NCBI GenBank assembly: GCA_041659805.1
Contig: JBAZXP010000001.1
Span: 448,589-512,588, forward strand
Origin: Microgenomates group bacterium
GTDB taxonomy: Bacteria; Patescibacteriota; Microgenomatia; Daviesbacterales; UBA10151
Direction of reading: 5' to 3'
DNA length: 64,000 nt
Each line of letters starts with the position of its first letter. Positions within the stretch are counted from its first letter, which is position 1. Below are positions 39,614 to 50,327 of the stretch, in pieces. Position numbers and translations under genes: made by a program. Under the pieces are notes generated by a model. It was not told where the DNA came from. It did no database searches and was given only the letters and a program-made list of their open reading frames with translations.

Positions 39614-40312
39614 ATGAAAATTGATGCTTTATCTGTCTTTTTTCCGGCTTTTAATGAAGAGGAAAACATAACTTCTACAATTACAAAAGCAAATGATGTT
39701 TTAGCCTCACTTTCCTTAAAAGATTACGAAATAATTGTGGTGGATGATGGTTCAAAGGATAAAACAGTAGAAACTGTTAATAACCTAATAAAAACAAATA
39801 AACATATACGTCTTGTGAGTCATGAGGTTAATAAAGGATATGGTGAAGCATTAAAAACTGGGTTTAGAGAGGCAAAATTTCCTTGGGTAGCTTTTGCTGA
39901 TGCAGATGGTCAGTTTGATTTTGCAGAAATTACTAAACTGATGGATGAAACAGATAAGGCTGATTTTATTTTAGGGTATCGCTTGAGAAGAGCAGATCCT
40001 TTTGTCAGGATTTTTTTCAATGTTGTTTGGATAATCGGTGCCAGAATTTTATTTGATTTTCCATCTCGGGATTATTCCTGTGGTTTCAAGTTGATTAAAA
40101 AATCTGCTTTTGATGCCACACTCCCCTTGCAGGCAGGAGAAAAAGTAACTCAAATAGAAATGTTGGTAAAAGCTAAAAGGCTTGGTTTTAAATTTGCAGA
40201 AGTCGGAGTTCATCACTACCCAAGAATGTTTGGCAAATCCACTGGTGGGAATTTATTGGTGGTATTTAAAAGCTATCTTGATCTGATTAAATTGTGGTGG
40301 AAATTACATTAG
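39614..40312 (+). CDS. GT2 polyprenol-phosphate glycosyltransferase (Dpm1/ArnC-like)
   Basis: 232 aa with LSVFFPAFNEEENI...IIVVDDGSKDKT...FADADGQ (DxD). Confidence 0.75.
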   Translation: MKIDALSVFFPAFNEEENITSTITKANDVLASLSLKDYEIIVVDDGSKDKTVETVNNLIKTNKHIRLVSHEVNKGYGEALKTGFREAKFPWVAFADADGQFDFAEITKLMDETDKADFILGYRLRRADPFVRIFFNVVWIIGARILFDFPSRDYSCGFKLIKKSAFDATLPLQAGEKVTQIEMLVKAKRLGFKFAEVGVHHYPRMFGKSTGGNLLVVFKSYLDLIKLWWKLH

Positions 40313-40315
40313 TTT

Positions 40316-41827
40316 ATGAAGTCTTCAATTCAATGGATTAAACGAAATCGGTTTGAAGCAATTATTATTATTTTGATAATAGTGGTGGCCTCTTTTCTCA
40401 GATTTTATAAGCTTTCTGATTACATGACTTTTTTAGGTGATGAGGGCAGGGATGCTTTAATAGTTAAAGATATCTTAGTTGAGCATATTATCCCCTCAAT
40501 TGGTCCCCCATCATCTGTGGGGAATGTGTATTTAGGTCCTTTGTATTACTATATGATGGCGACTTCTATGGCAATTTTTTGGCTTAACCCCGTGGCTGCT
40601 GCAGGAATGGTGGCTTTGATCGGAGTGATGGCTGTTGCTCTGATTTATTATTTAGCCCGGGTTTGGTTTGGAATGTATTCTGCAATTTTATCAGCCTCAC
40701 TTTATGCCCTATCTTTTGTGGTTACTTTTTACTCCAGATCTTCCTGGAATCCTAACCCTGCCCCTTTTTTTACACTTCTGGCTGTTTTGGGGTTTTATAA
40801 AGCCAGACAAACCAAGAATTTTTTGTGGCTTATTTTAACCGGATTGAGTACTGCAGCAGCTGTGCAGATGCATTATCTGGCTTTGATTTTAATCCCGGTT
40901 TTCGGTATTTTATATATTTTTGAGCTCTTTCAGCAAAAAAAATTACAGGAATACAATTATTTTATATCAGGTGCATTTTTGGGGGTGGTGTCATTTATTC
41001 TGGTAATGTTACCGCTTATATTATTTGATTTCCGTCATGATTTTTTAAACTATCGTGGGGTTGTTGCCCTATTTACTAAAAGCGGCAGTAGCGTGAGTTT
41101 TAATCTTTTTGACAGTCTGGCAAAAATTTCACCAATTTTCGATCAAAAATTGGTTGGAAGATACTTGGGCGCAGAAAATCCGTTAATTATTTTTCTGGTT
41201 TCTATTTTTATTATTACTCCGATAATGATTGCTCTGTATAAAGTTGTTTACAAAAAAGAAGCAATGAGCTGGTCAATAAAAGCTCTTAGTGTTTGGCTGG
41301 CGGTAGGTCTTTTTGGGGTCTCCTTATTCAGACTGGAAGTATATGATCATTATCTGGGTTTTTTGAGCCCTGTGCCATTTTTACTTTTAGGTGCTTTTAT
41401 TTTTGAATTGCCTGATAAATGGAAAAAAATTGCAGCAGCGCTAATTATTATTATATTGGGATTTTTGAATTTGCAGCAAAACGTATTGTTTAAGCCTGCA
41501 GGTAATCAATTTACCCGTACTCGGGAAATTGCACAATTTGTGCTTAATGAAGCCGGAAATAAACCTTTTAATTTTGCTTTGATTTCAAAAAATAATTATG
41601 ATTCAGCGTATCAATTTTATTTCTATATTTACGGGCATGAACCCAAAGTAGTGCCAATTGATGTGACTGACCAATTGTTGGTTGTTTGTGAGGATCCTAT
41701 ATGTAAACCTGTCGGTAATGCCAAGTATGAAATTGCAGGATTCGGCTGGACTTTAATGGATAAAGAAACTTATTTTGACGGAGTCAGAATTTATAGACTT
41801 ATACATAATTCGGCTCAGCCCAAATGA
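40316..41827 (+). CDS. Polytopic membrane protein, GT-C-like (family C)
   Basis: 503 aa with FLGDEGRDALIVKDIL...GPLYYY. It is a paralog of 12650 and 41824 and sits 4 nt after the upstream stop. Confidence 0.5.
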   Translation: MKSSIQWIKRNRFEAIIIILIIVVASFLRFYKLSDYMTFLGDEGRDALIVKDILVEHIIPSIGPPSSVGNVYLGPLYYYMMATSMAIFWLNPVAAAGMVALIGVMAVALIYYLARVWFGMYSAILSASLYALSFVVTFYSRSSWNPNPAPFFTLLAVLGFYKARQTKNFLWLILTGLSTAAAVQMHYLALILIPVFGILYIFELFQQKKLQEYNYFISGAFLGVVSFILVMLPLILFDFRHDFLNYRGVVALFTKSGSSVSFNLFDSLAKISPIFDQKLVGRYLGAENPLIIFLVSIFIITPIMIALYKVVYKKEAMSWSIKALSVWLAVGLFGVSLFRLEVYDHYLGFLSPVPFLLLGAFIFELPDKWKKIAAALIIIILGFLNLQQNVLFKPAGNQFTRTREIAQFVLNEAGNKPFNFALISKNNYDSAYQFYFYIYGHEPKVVPIDVTDQLLVVCEDPICKPVGNAKYEIAGFGWTLMDKETYFDGVRIYRLIHNSAQPK

Positions 41828-43323
41828 AAAGAATAAAGAAAGAAATTCAATCTCATAAAATATATTATTTTTTAGTTTTCGTCATCTTACTTTGTGCTTT
41901 TGTTTTAAGGGTGTGGAGAATAGATCAGCTATTGGGTTTTTATTTTGATCAGGGCAGGGACGCCTTAATAGTGGACCAGATACTTCATGGAAAATTGACG
42001 CTTATCGGTCCAACAACTGGGATTGAAGGAATTTTTTTAGGACCGTTTTATTATTATTTTTTAAGCATTGGATATCTACTGGGACAGGGAAACCCCGCTG
42101 TTGCCTCAATTTTTCAAACCTTTTTTGTAATTGTCGGACTACTAATTACATTTTTAATAGGCAGAATATTTTTTTCATTCAGGGTTGGTCTGATTGCCAT
42201 GTTTTTAATGACTTTTTCATTTTCTCAAATAAAATTAGACCGCTGGTTATCAAACCCAACGCCGGCTATTTTATTTGGTCCCCTGACCATATTTTTTCTT
42301 TTATTAAGTTTTAATAATCCAAATATATTTTTGCCCCTTTCGGCTTTTTCTGTGGGTTTATTAATGCAACTTGAAGCCTCCAGCAGTTTTATTTTAATGA
42401 TTTTAACATTCTTGTTTATTATTATTTTCAGAAAAAAATTCACCCCAAAATCAATTATGTTTGCGTGTCTAGCTTTTTCTGCTACATTACTACCACAAAT
42501 TATTTTTGAATTAAAACATGATTTTTTGATCACAAAATTATTACTCAGTTTTCTTGGCGGTAATGTTCAGACAACAGGGGTATCAACTTTCCAATTTCCA
42601 ACAACCTTAACTTTTCAAAACAGACTTGATCTTTATGCTGTAACTTTTTTGGGTGAATTGAAACTGGATTTTGATAAAAGTTTTAGTTTTCTATTTATTA
42701 TTTTCTTAATTGCCAGCTTTCTATATATAACAAAAAACTGGTCTAAAATGGCAATTAAATTAATGGTAATTTGGTTTTATGGTTCACTGATTTTTTTCCT
42801 ATTTTATAGCGGAAACTATGGCTCTATAAACAGCTATTATTTTATTCCGGTACTACCGATATTTTTTATATTTATTGCCTTGCTTTTAGAATGGGGTTTT
42901 AAATTCAAAATATCTATTCCAATTGTGGCTTTGTTATTGGCACTATTTCTATATGATCAGCTGCCGATGTCACTCAGCTATCTTTCCAGTGGAGTAGAAG
43001 GGGATACCACAATTGCTTTGGGTAGCCAGGTAAATGCTGTGAAATATGTACTTAATAATGCAAGCGATAAAGAATATAACTGGGACGCTTATGTACCCCC
43101 TGTAATACCTTATACTTATACATATTTATTTAAGTATTACGGAAATAAATACCAACGTATGCCGACAGATGCTCAGGTAAGTACTCTTTATACTATTCAT
43201 GAAGTGGACATATCACATCCTGACAGAGAAACTGCATGGTTAAAAAGACAAGCCGGAATTGGTAAAATAATAGATACACAAAGATTTGGTGGTGTAACTG
43301 TAGAGAGACGAGAAAGAATATGA
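41824..43323 (+). CDS. Polytopic membrane protein, GT-C-like (family C)
   Basis: 499 aa with FDQGRDALIVDQILHGKLTLIGP...GPFYYY. An ATGA overlap with the upstream gene indicates coupling. Confidence 0.5.
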   Translation: MKRIKKEIQSHKIYYFLVFVILLCAFVLRVWRIDQLLGFYFDQGRDALIVDQILHGKLTLIGPTTGIEGIFLGPFYYYFLSIGYLLGQGNPAVASIFQTFFVIVGLLITFLIGRIFFSFRVGLIAMFLMTFSFSQIKLDRWLSNPTPAILFGPLTIFFLLLSFNNPNIFLPLSAFSVGLLMQLEASSSFILMILTFLFIIIFRKKFTPKSIMFACLAFSATLLPQIIFELKHDFLITKLLLSFLGGNVQTTGVSTFQFPTTLTFQNRLDLYAVTFLGELKLDFDKSFSFLFIIFLIASFLYITKNWSKMAIKLMVIWFYGSLIFFLFYSGNYGSINSYYFIPVLPIFFIFIALLLEWGFKFKISIPIVALLLALFLYDQLPMSLSYLSSGVEGDTTIALGSQVNAVKYVLNNASDKEYNWDAYVPPVIPYTYTYLFKYYGNKYQRMPTDAQVSTLYTIHEVDISHPDRETAWLKRQAGIGKIIDTQRFGGVTVERRERI

Positions 43324-44063
43324 AAAATATCAAATTGACTGTTGTTATTCCTGCTTTTAATGAAGCAGACAATCTTAAAAAAGGCGCTCTGGAGTCCGTT
43401 TACCAGTATCTTAAAAATCAAAAATATAGTTATGAGGTTTTGATTGTTGATGACGGTTCGTTAGACGCAACAGTGACACTTGTTGAAAGTGTTATTAAAA
43501 ATATGCCCGGTTTTAGAATTGTAAAAAACTCTCACGGCGGTAAGGCGATTACAGTCATGAGCGGTTTGCTTATGAGCAATGGGGAGATCGCCCTTTTTAC
43601 AGATATGGATCAGGCTACCCCTATTGATCAAATAGAAAAGCTTTTACCAAAATTTGAAGAAGGATTTGATATTGTGATTGGTTCAAGACATGGTAGGGAA
43701 GGCGCACCGGCCATCCGCAAATTAATGGGTTGGGGGTTTTCTGTTTTACGAAAACTAATATTGGGTCTGCCTTTTGCTGATACGCAATGCGGATTTAAAG
43801 CATTTAATAAAAAATCCATTCAGCTGATATTTCCGGAACTTTTGGAAAGGTGGAAAAAGACCGGGACAAGCGGGGCTGCAGTAAATGCAGGTTTTGATGT
43901 CGAGACGCTTTTTATTGCCAGAAAAAAAGGATTAAAAATTGCTGAAGTTCCTGTTGACTGGAGACATGTCGGAACAGAACGGGTACAGGCAGTCAGGGAC
44001 TCTTTGGAGGCGTTAAAAGACATGGCACGTATTAAAATTAATGATATACAAGGGAAGTATTAA
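43320..44063 (+). CDS. GT2 polyprenol-phosphate glycosyltransferase (Dpm1/ArnC-like)
   Basis: 247 aa with LTVVIPAFNEADNL...VLIVDDGSLDAT...FTDMDQA. It overlaps the upstream stop. Confidence 0.75.
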   Translation: MKNIKLTVVIPAFNEADNLKKGALESVYQYLKNQKYSYEVLIVDDGSLDATVTLVESVIKNMPGFRIVKNSHGGKAITVMSGLLMSNGEIALFTDMDQATPIDQIEKLLPKFEEGFDIVIGSRHGREGAPAIRKLMGWGFSVLRKLILGLPFADTQCGFKAFNKKSIQLIFPELLERWKKTGTSGAAVNAGFDVETLFIARKKGLKIAEVPVDWRHVGTERVQAVRDSLEALKDMARIKINDIQGKY

Positions 44064-45435
44064 ACGCTTTTTTCAAAGTAAAATTGATTCCGTAATTGTT
44101 GCACTGCTTGCTTTATCGCTGCCCCTTTTTTTCTACAAACTCGGTCAGTCATCGCTGGAGAATTGGGATGAGGCCTGGTATGGAGAGATTGCTAAAAACA
44201 TATTTCATTCAGGTGATTTTCTCAATTTAACTTTTAACGGTAGTCCATATTTTGATCATCCGCCGTTTGTTTTTTGGTTGATGTCACTTACATATAAAAT
44301 TTTTGGTGTATCTGAGTTTTGGACTAGATTTGCCAGTGCCGGGGCCGGTTTTCTTTGTATTGTGATTTTATATTTTTTAGGGAAAGAGTTATTTAACCGC
44401 ACAGTTGGATTTGCCTCAGCCGTAGCTTTGTCTTCTGCAATCTGGTTTGTGTACCGCGCCCGTTCAGGCAATCTGGATGTTATTTTAACAACTCTTTTTG
44501 TACTTACATTTTATCTGGCGTTTAAGGCAGTAAAAAATAAAAAATTCTTAATCCCCTTTTCAGTCAGTTTATCTTGTTTATTTCTAACCAAATCTATGGT
44601 TCCTTTTACGATTATCCTGTCGCTGTTGTTAATTTTTTGGGGGAATAAAAATTATAAAATTAAAGAATATGTAATACCCCTTTTGATATTTATTTTATCT
44701 ACAGGTGTTTGGTTTATCGATCAACTAATTAATCAGCCGAATTTTACCGGGAGATATTTAAGCATCGGTTTGCCCGGTTTAACAACGGAAACTTCTTATT
44801 TAAACAATTTTAATCTTGCAAAAGGGTATTTACATAGCGGTATTGGGAAATGGTTTTGGCCGGGGGTGTTTTCTATGTTTTTGGGATTGTTTCTTTTTCA
44901 AAAAAGATTTTTTGTTTTCTCTCTTTTTTTCCTGGTGTTTTTTATACCTTTAATATTTTCCACAAAAGGACAAATTTGGCATTTAATACCATTGCATCCG
45001 TTTCTTATTCTGATGTTTTTCGGTGCAAGTTCGTTTTTACTAGAAAAAATAATTAAAAACAGAATCTTAGTAACTATTTTGCTAATCGGGATATCCTTTT
45101 ACTTTTCGTTTATGCAAATTAGGCAAATATGGTTTCAATTTATCGATATTCCGGCCTTTATTTCTGATGAGGCAATTCTTTCAAAAGAAGCAGGATTATA
45201 TAGTGATAAATTTTATATTGATGGTGATTTTGTTCCGGTGGCTGTTTTTTATTCCGGCAGGGAGGTGGAAATAATTAGGTATAATGGTTTGAAAACAATA
45301 TTCAGTTACAACCAGCCATTTTTGCTCATTACTGTAAAATGGAGGCTGGATGAAGCTAACATTCCAGAGAGTAGATACCGTATAATAAAAACAGATCGTG
45401 ATAAAATTTTGATTCAGGGAAACATTAATGAATAA
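44041..45435 (+). CDS. ArnT/PMT-like GT-C glycosyltransferase (GT39/GT83-like)
   Basis: 464 aa. The first-loop motif ENWDEAWYGEIAKNI...FDHPPFVFWLMS is the PMT_2/ArnT signature, and about 11 TM helices are predicted. Confidence 0.6.
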   Translation: MIYKGSIKRFFQSKIDSVIVALLALSLPLFFYKLGQSSLENWDEAWYGEIAKNIFHSGDFLNLTFNGSPYFDHPPFVFWLMSLTYKIFGVSEFWTRFASAGAGFLCIVILYFLGKELFNRTVGFASAVALSSAIWFVYRARSGNLDVILTTLFVLTFYLAFKAVKNKKFLIPFSVSLSCLFLTKSMVPFTIILSLLLIFWGNKNYKIKEYVIPLLIFILSTGVWFIDQLINQPNFTGRYLSIGLPGLTTETSYLNNFNLAKGYLHSGIGKWFWPGVFSMFLGLFLFQKRFFVFSLFFLVFFIPLIFSTKGQIWHLIPLHPFLILMFFGASSFLLEKIIKNRILVTILLIGISFYFSFMQIRQIWFQFIDIPAFISDEAILSKEAGLYSDKFYIDGDFVPVAVFYSGREVEIIRYNGLKTIFSYNQPFLLITVKWRLDEANIPESRYRIIKTDRDKILIQGNINE

Positions 45436-46978
45436 AGGATTAAAGATTATTTTATATAATATTTTGCAACATAAATGGGAATCTTTGGCCTTTGTTTTGA
45501 TTATCATTTTATATTTTGGATTAAGGTTGCCTAACTTAACCCTACAGCCCATTTTTGCAGATGAAGCGATTTATATAAGATGGGCTCAGATCATGAAGGC
45601 AGAACCAACCCTGCGTTTTATTTCTCTTACTGACGGAAAGACACCTTTGTTTATGTGGGTAATGACTCCTTTTTTCAAGATGTTTAATGATCCTTTGTTT
45701 GCAGGTAGAGTTATATCTGTTTTATCAGGTTTTATGACTATGCTTGGAGGAATGTTTTTAGGTTGGAGATTTTTTGACAGGAAAGTTGCCCTTTGGTCGG
45801 GTTTGCTGATTGCTGTCACCCCATTTGTTTTATTTTTTGACAGGATGGCTTTGGTTGATTCTATGTTGGCAGCGTTTTCTATTTGGTCTTTAATTTTTGC
45901 ATTAATTTTGGTTAAAAGCCCCCGTTTTGATTTAAGTATGATATTGGGTTACATACTAGGCGGGGGACTCTTAACAAAGACTCCAGGTTTGTTTAATGTT
46001 TTAATGCTTCCTGCTGCATTTTTTGCATTTAACTGGTCTTTTGATAATAGGCAAAAGAATTTTATTAAAACTGCCGGATTTTTTGTAATTGCAGCAGCAA
46101 TTGCTATGGGAATATATAATTTGCTCCGTTTAGGCCCGGGCTTTGAGAGCCTTTCTTCCCGAAATCAGGATTATATTTTCCCTTTCACAAGAATATTTAC
46201 CAATCCTCTGGACCCTTTAGTCCCTCATTTAAAGGATTTAGCTGATTGGTTTTTCAAGTTGATTACTTTGCCAATATTGTTATTTACAATACTGGGAATA
46301 ATTTTGACATTAGTCAAAAGGAATAAAGTTGCTTTGGTAATTTTGCTTTGGTTGCTTGGTCCATTAACAGCTGAGTTATTTTTACTGCAAACATTTACTG
46401 CCAGATATATTTTATCAGCAATTGCTCCGTTATTATGTTTGTCAGGTTTAGCAATAAGCTTTGTTGTAGAAAAAAGCCGGTTCAAAAAAGAGGTTACCTA
46501 TCTTGCTATTCTGGTGTTTATTTTACCGATGGCTTTGATGTTTAACTTTACCCTATTAACCGATCCGGCAAAAGCGGATTTACCCCGCGAAGAAAGAATC
46601 GGTTATTTTGAAGATTGGACAGCAGGTTATGGTTTTCCGCAAATCGCAGATTTTCTTATTCAACAAGCACAAAACGGGCTGGTAGTTGTCGGGACGGAAG
46701 GTAATTTTGGGACACTTCCTGATGGTTTGACAATTTATTTAGATAAATATTTCCATACTCAGGGGGTAAATAAAATAGTAGTTTTGGGTGGAAAAGGAAC
46801 CATTACTGATGTATTGCGCGATAGTGCAAAAAGAGGACCTACATATTTTATTGCCAATAGGTCTAGGGTGACTCAAAATCCGCCGAATACAGAATTGATT
46901 AAGGAATATCCAAAGGCTAATTTCCCCGGAGCTTTTAAGGATTCTATTTTGGTCTTTAAGGTAAGTCCTGTTAAATGA
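45428..46978 (+). CDS. ArnT/PMT-like GT-C glycosyltransferase
   Basis: 516 aa with FADEAIYIRWAQIM in the loop after TM1 and a multi-TM body. A C-terminal soluble domain follows. Confidence 0.55.
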   Translation: MNKGLKIILYNILQHKWESLAFVLIIILYFGLRLPNLTLQPIFADEAIYIRWAQIMKAEPTLRFISLTDGKTPLFMWVMTPFFKMFNDPLFAGRVISVLSGFMTMLGGMFLGWRFFDRKVALWSGLLIAVTPFVLFFDRMALVDSMLAAFSIWSLIFALILVKSPRFDLSMILGYILGGGLLTKTPGLFNVLMLPAAFFAFNWSFDNRQKNFIKTAGFFVIAAAIAMGIYNLLRLGPGFESLSSRNQDYIFPFTRIFTNPLDPLVPHLKDLADWFFKLITLPILLFTILGIILTLVKRNKVALVILLWLLGPLTAELFLLQTFTARYILSAIAPLLCLSGLAISFVVEKSRFKKEVTYLAILVFILPMALMFNFTLLTDPAKADLPREERIGYFEDWTAGYGFPQIADFLIQQAQNGLVVVGTEGNFGTLPDGLTIYLDKYFHTQGVNKIVVLGGKGTITDVLRDSAKRGPTYFIANRSRVTQNPPNTELIKEYPKANFPGAFKDSILVFKVSPVK

Positions 46979-48657
46979 TGAAAAAAGTAGTGCATTTGTT
47001 TAAAAACCCTTTTGTTCTGCTTTTAATTTTTATCATCCCAAGTTTTGTCTATTTAGTACGTCCGGGATTTTTCCCGATGCAGGATGATTTGCAGGCGTTT
47101 AGAATCCAGCAAATGGATAAATGTTTTTCAGATTTTCAATTTCCCTGCCGTTGGGTACCGGATGCTGGGTATCAATATGGATATCCTCAATTTATTTACT
47201 ATCCGCCCAGTGTTTATTATTTAGGAGAACTTTTTCATTTAGCAGGTTTTCAAATTATAGATTCCGTCAAGATTTTATTTATTTTAGGATTTATTTTAGC
47301 TGCAGTTACAATGTTTATTTTGCTTAAAGAAATATTCGGAGTTTTTCCTGCATTTGTGGGTAGTATTTTATATACTTATGCGCCATATCGCGCTGTTGAT
47401 GTTTATGTCAGAGGAGCAATGAGCGAATTTTGGTCTTTTGTTTTTTTCCCTCTAATTTTTTGGTCTATCTATAAATTGATTAAATCGAAAAATGATAAAT
47501 ATATTATATGGTGTGCGATTTCTGTAGGATTATTACTTCTTACCCATAATTTGATGTCTTTGATCTTTATCCCTATTGCAGCGGTTTGGGGGATTTTTTG
47601 GATCATAGCAGAAAAGAATTGGAAAATATTTCCCAAAGTTATTTTTGCAGGACTTTTGGGACTTGGTCTGGCCGCATTTTTTACTTTTCCGGTAATTTTG
47701 GAAAAACAATATGCACATACAGAATCAATGTTGGGCGGATATTTTGATTACAGACAACATTTTGTTGATATAAATCAATTGTTTATTTCTAATCACTGGG
47801 GTTATGGTTCTTCATGGCTCGGGCCAAATGACGATTTAAATCTTTCAACAGGCAGTGTGCAGGTGTTGGCCTCACTTTTAGCTTTACTCCTGGCAATTTT
47901 TTATTACAAAAAAAATAAAAAGATTGCCTTACTGACAATTGTTTTATTTATTGCTGACCTGTTTGTTTTATTTATGACCCATCAAAAATCCAGTCCGGTT
48001 TGGGATTTATTGTCACCTTTGTGGTTTTTGCAATTTCCCTGGAGATTTTTAGCTGATAGCATTTTTATATTATCTCTACTGTCTTGTATCGCAATATTTT
48101 TCCTGAACGGTAAAACATTGCAAAAAATAGTCAGTATTTTTTTAATAGCATTGGTTTTATGCTTAAATTTTAGTTTTTTCCAACCATCAAGATGGTTTGA
48201 GATGACAGATGCTCAAAAGTTTTCAGGTAAAAGCTGGGAAAAACAATTAACAGTCAGTATTTTTGATTATTTGCCGATTTATGCCAAACTTCCGCCTATT
48301 CAAAAAGCCCCGGATTATCCGGAAGTGATGGACGGGAAAGCCACGTTTGTAGGCTATAAAAAGGGGAGTGATTTTCAGGTTGGGAAAGTGGCTGCAGAGT
48401 CACCCGCAAATTTAAGGCTGCCTTTGTTTGATTTCCCGGGGATGGAAGTGAAAGTTGACGGAAAAGTTGTTCCTCACTGGCATGATGATTGCAGAAATCA
48501 GGAATTCTGTTTGGGGTTAATTAGTTTTGATATTTACCCCGGTGAGCATACAATAGAAGCAAGACTGAAGAATACTTTGATCAGAGGATTGGGGAACGGA
48601 ATAACAGTCAGCAGTTTATTAGTTTTGGGTTATTTGATTTGGAAAAACCGCAGATGA
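46975..48657 (+). CDS. YfhO-like GT-C membrane protein (paralog 1 of 3 in tandem)
   Basis: 560 aa with QDDLQAFRI, YRAVDVYVRGAMSEFWSF, QFPWRFL, and C-terminal GMEVKVDGK...YPGEHTIE. Confidence 0.55.
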   Translation: MMKKVVHLFKNPFVLLLIFIIPSFVYLVRPGFFPMQDDLQAFRIQQMDKCFSDFQFPCRWVPDAGYQYGYPQFIYYPPSVYYLGELFHLAGFQIIDSVKILFILGFILAAVTMFILLKEIFGVFPAFVGSILYTYAPYRAVDVYVRGAMSEFWSFVFFPLIFWSIYKLIKSKNDKYIIWCAISVGLLLLTHNLMSLIFIPIAAVWGIFWIIAEKNWKIFPKVIFAGLLGLGLAAFFTFPVILEKQYAHTESMLGGYFDYRQHFVDINQLFISNHWGYGSSWLGPNDDLNLSTGSVQVLASLLALLLAIFYYKKNKKIALLTIVLFIADLFVLFMTHQKSSPVWDLLSPLWFLQFPWRFLADSIFILSLLSCIAIFFLNGKTLQKIVSIFLIALVLCLNFSFFQPSRWFEMTDAQKFSGKSWEKQLTVSIFDYLPIYAKLPPIQKAPDYPEVMDGKATFVGYKKGSDFQVGKVAAESPANLRLPLFDFPGMEVKVDGKVVPHWHDDCRNQEFCLGLISFDIYPGEHTIEARLKNTLIRGLGNGITVSSLLVLGYLIWKNRR

Positions 48658-50327
48658 TAAAAAATTTAACAAAATATTGGGCAGTTTGGGTATTAGTAAT
48701 TTTTATTGCCAGTGTTTCATGGCCGCTTTCTTTGCCCGGTTATTTTTCCCATCATGATGATTTACAGATTATGCGCATTTTTGAAATGAGGCGTTGTTTA
48801 ATTGATGCCCAAATCCCCTGCCGTTGGGTTCCTGATATGGGGTATGGAAACGGTTTCCCTCTTTTTAATTATTACAGCGCCCTACCTTATTATATAGGTG
48901 CGGTACTGAGTTTTTTGCTGGGCTATATTTGGTCGGCAAAGGTTTTATTTTTTATCCCTTTAATTTTAGGAGGTTTTTCTATGTATCTTTTAGGCAAAGA
49001 ATTATTTGGCAAAATTGCCGGAATAGTTTCTGCTGTTTTATATTTGTTTGCTCCTTATTTAGCACTGGATCTATACGTCAGAGGTGCTGTGGCTGAAAGT
49101 TTTGCATTATCAATTGTGCCTTTGGTTTTTTATTTTATTTTAAGATTGATTAAGCAGTCATCTTTTAAAAACTTTGCAGGATTGTCTGTTTCTTTTGCAG
49201 CTTTTTTAATCAGTCACAATATTATGACATTATTTTTTGCACCCATTATCTTTCTTTGGACTTTATGTTTTTCATATTCCGAAAAATTAAAAAGAATATG
49301 GCTGGTTTTTATAGGTTTAATATTAGGATTCGGAATGGCTGCATTTTTTATTCTTCCTGCATTTTTTGAAAAGTCCCTCGTTCAGTCAGATTCTTTGATA
49401 CAAATGGATTTGAATTTCAGGGCAAATTTTGTGGCAATTAATCAACTCTTCCTGGAACGTTTTTGGGGTTACGGAGCTTCAACTTTTGGCTCGAATGATA
49501 CTATATCTTTTCAGATAGGTTGGCCGCATTGGTGGCTTATGGCTCTATCAATTCCGTTTTTGATTATCGGTATTTTTACCCGAAAATTAAAATTAAATCA
49601 AATTTTGTTACCAGTTTTTCTGATAGTTATTTTTTGCTTTTCAGTCTTTATGACTCATAATCAATCTGCGTTTATTTGGGAAAAAATTGATGTTTTAAAA
49701 TATGCTCAATTTCCATGGAGATTTTTATCCTTGGCTGTTTTTACATCCAGTTTAATCGGTGGTTTTTTTGTTTTTGTTCTAAGGAACAAAGGACAACAGG
49801 TCATTCTGGCATCAGTAATTATTTTTATAACAGTATTTTTAAACTGGAGTTATTTCAAACCTGATAAATTTTATTTGAGTATGACAGATCAGGAAAAACT
49901 TACAGGTTCTTTGTGGGAAGATCAACAAAAAGCAGCAATTACAGATTATTTGCCCAAGACAGCATTAGAACCGAGGGAAAAAGCTCCGAATAGTCCGCTT
50001 TTAGTTTCAGGTAAGGCAGAAATCAGTTCATTTGCAAACTATTCAAATAAGTGGTTTTTTAAAACGAATGTTATAGAAACTTCTAAAATAGATATTCCTG
50101 TTTTTGATTTTCCGAATTGGCAAGTTTCTGTAAATGGCTCTGATTATCCTCATAATCATCAAAATTTAATCGGGAGGATAAATATCGATCTTCCGCCCGG
50201 ATCATATGAGGTAAGCGGTAATTTTAAAAATACTCAATTACGGACATTTGCAGATACCTTATCCTTAATATCTTTGGGATTATTAATCTTATTTTCTTAT
50301 GGAAAGTTTAAAAAAATATTTATCTGA
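48639..50327 (+). CDS. YfhO-like GT-C membrane protein (paralog 2 of 3)
   Basis: 562 aa with HDDLQIMRIFE, YLALDLYVRGAVAESF and QFPWRFL. It overlaps the upstream gene by 19 nt. Confidence 0.55.
   Translation: MEKPQMIKNLTKYWAVWVLVIFIASVSWPLSLPGYFSHHDDLQIMRIFEMRRCLIDAQIPCRWVPDMGYGNGFPLFNYYSALPYYIGAVLSFLLGYIWSAKVLFFIPLILGGFSMYLLGKELFGKIAGIVSAVLYLFAPYLALDLYVRGAVAESFALSIVPLVFYFILRLIKQSSFKNFAGLSVSFAAFLISHNIMTLFFAPIIFLWTLCFSYSEKLKRIWLVFIGLILGFGMAAFFILPAFFEKSLVQSDSLIQMDLNFRANFVAINQLFLERFWGYGASTFGSNDTISFQIGWPHWWLMALSIPFLIIGIFTRKLKLNQILLPVFLIVIFCFSVFMTHNQSAFIWEKIDVLKYAQFPWRFLSLAVFTSSLIGGFFVFVLRNKGQQVILASVIIFITVFLNWSYFKPDKFYLSMTDQEKLTGSLWEDQQKAAITDYLPKTALEPREKAPNSPLLVSGKAEISSFANYSNKWFFKTNVIETSKIDIPVFDFPNWQVSVNGSDYPHNHQNLIGRINIDLPPGSYEVSGNFKNTQLRTFADTLSLISLGLLILFSYGKFKKIFI

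Noticed and set aside
43628-44023. Two minus-strand ORFs of about 65 aa inside the GT2 gene at 43320
   Set aside because: They are antisense to a conserved GT2 coding sequence and lack RBS, so they are likely spurious.
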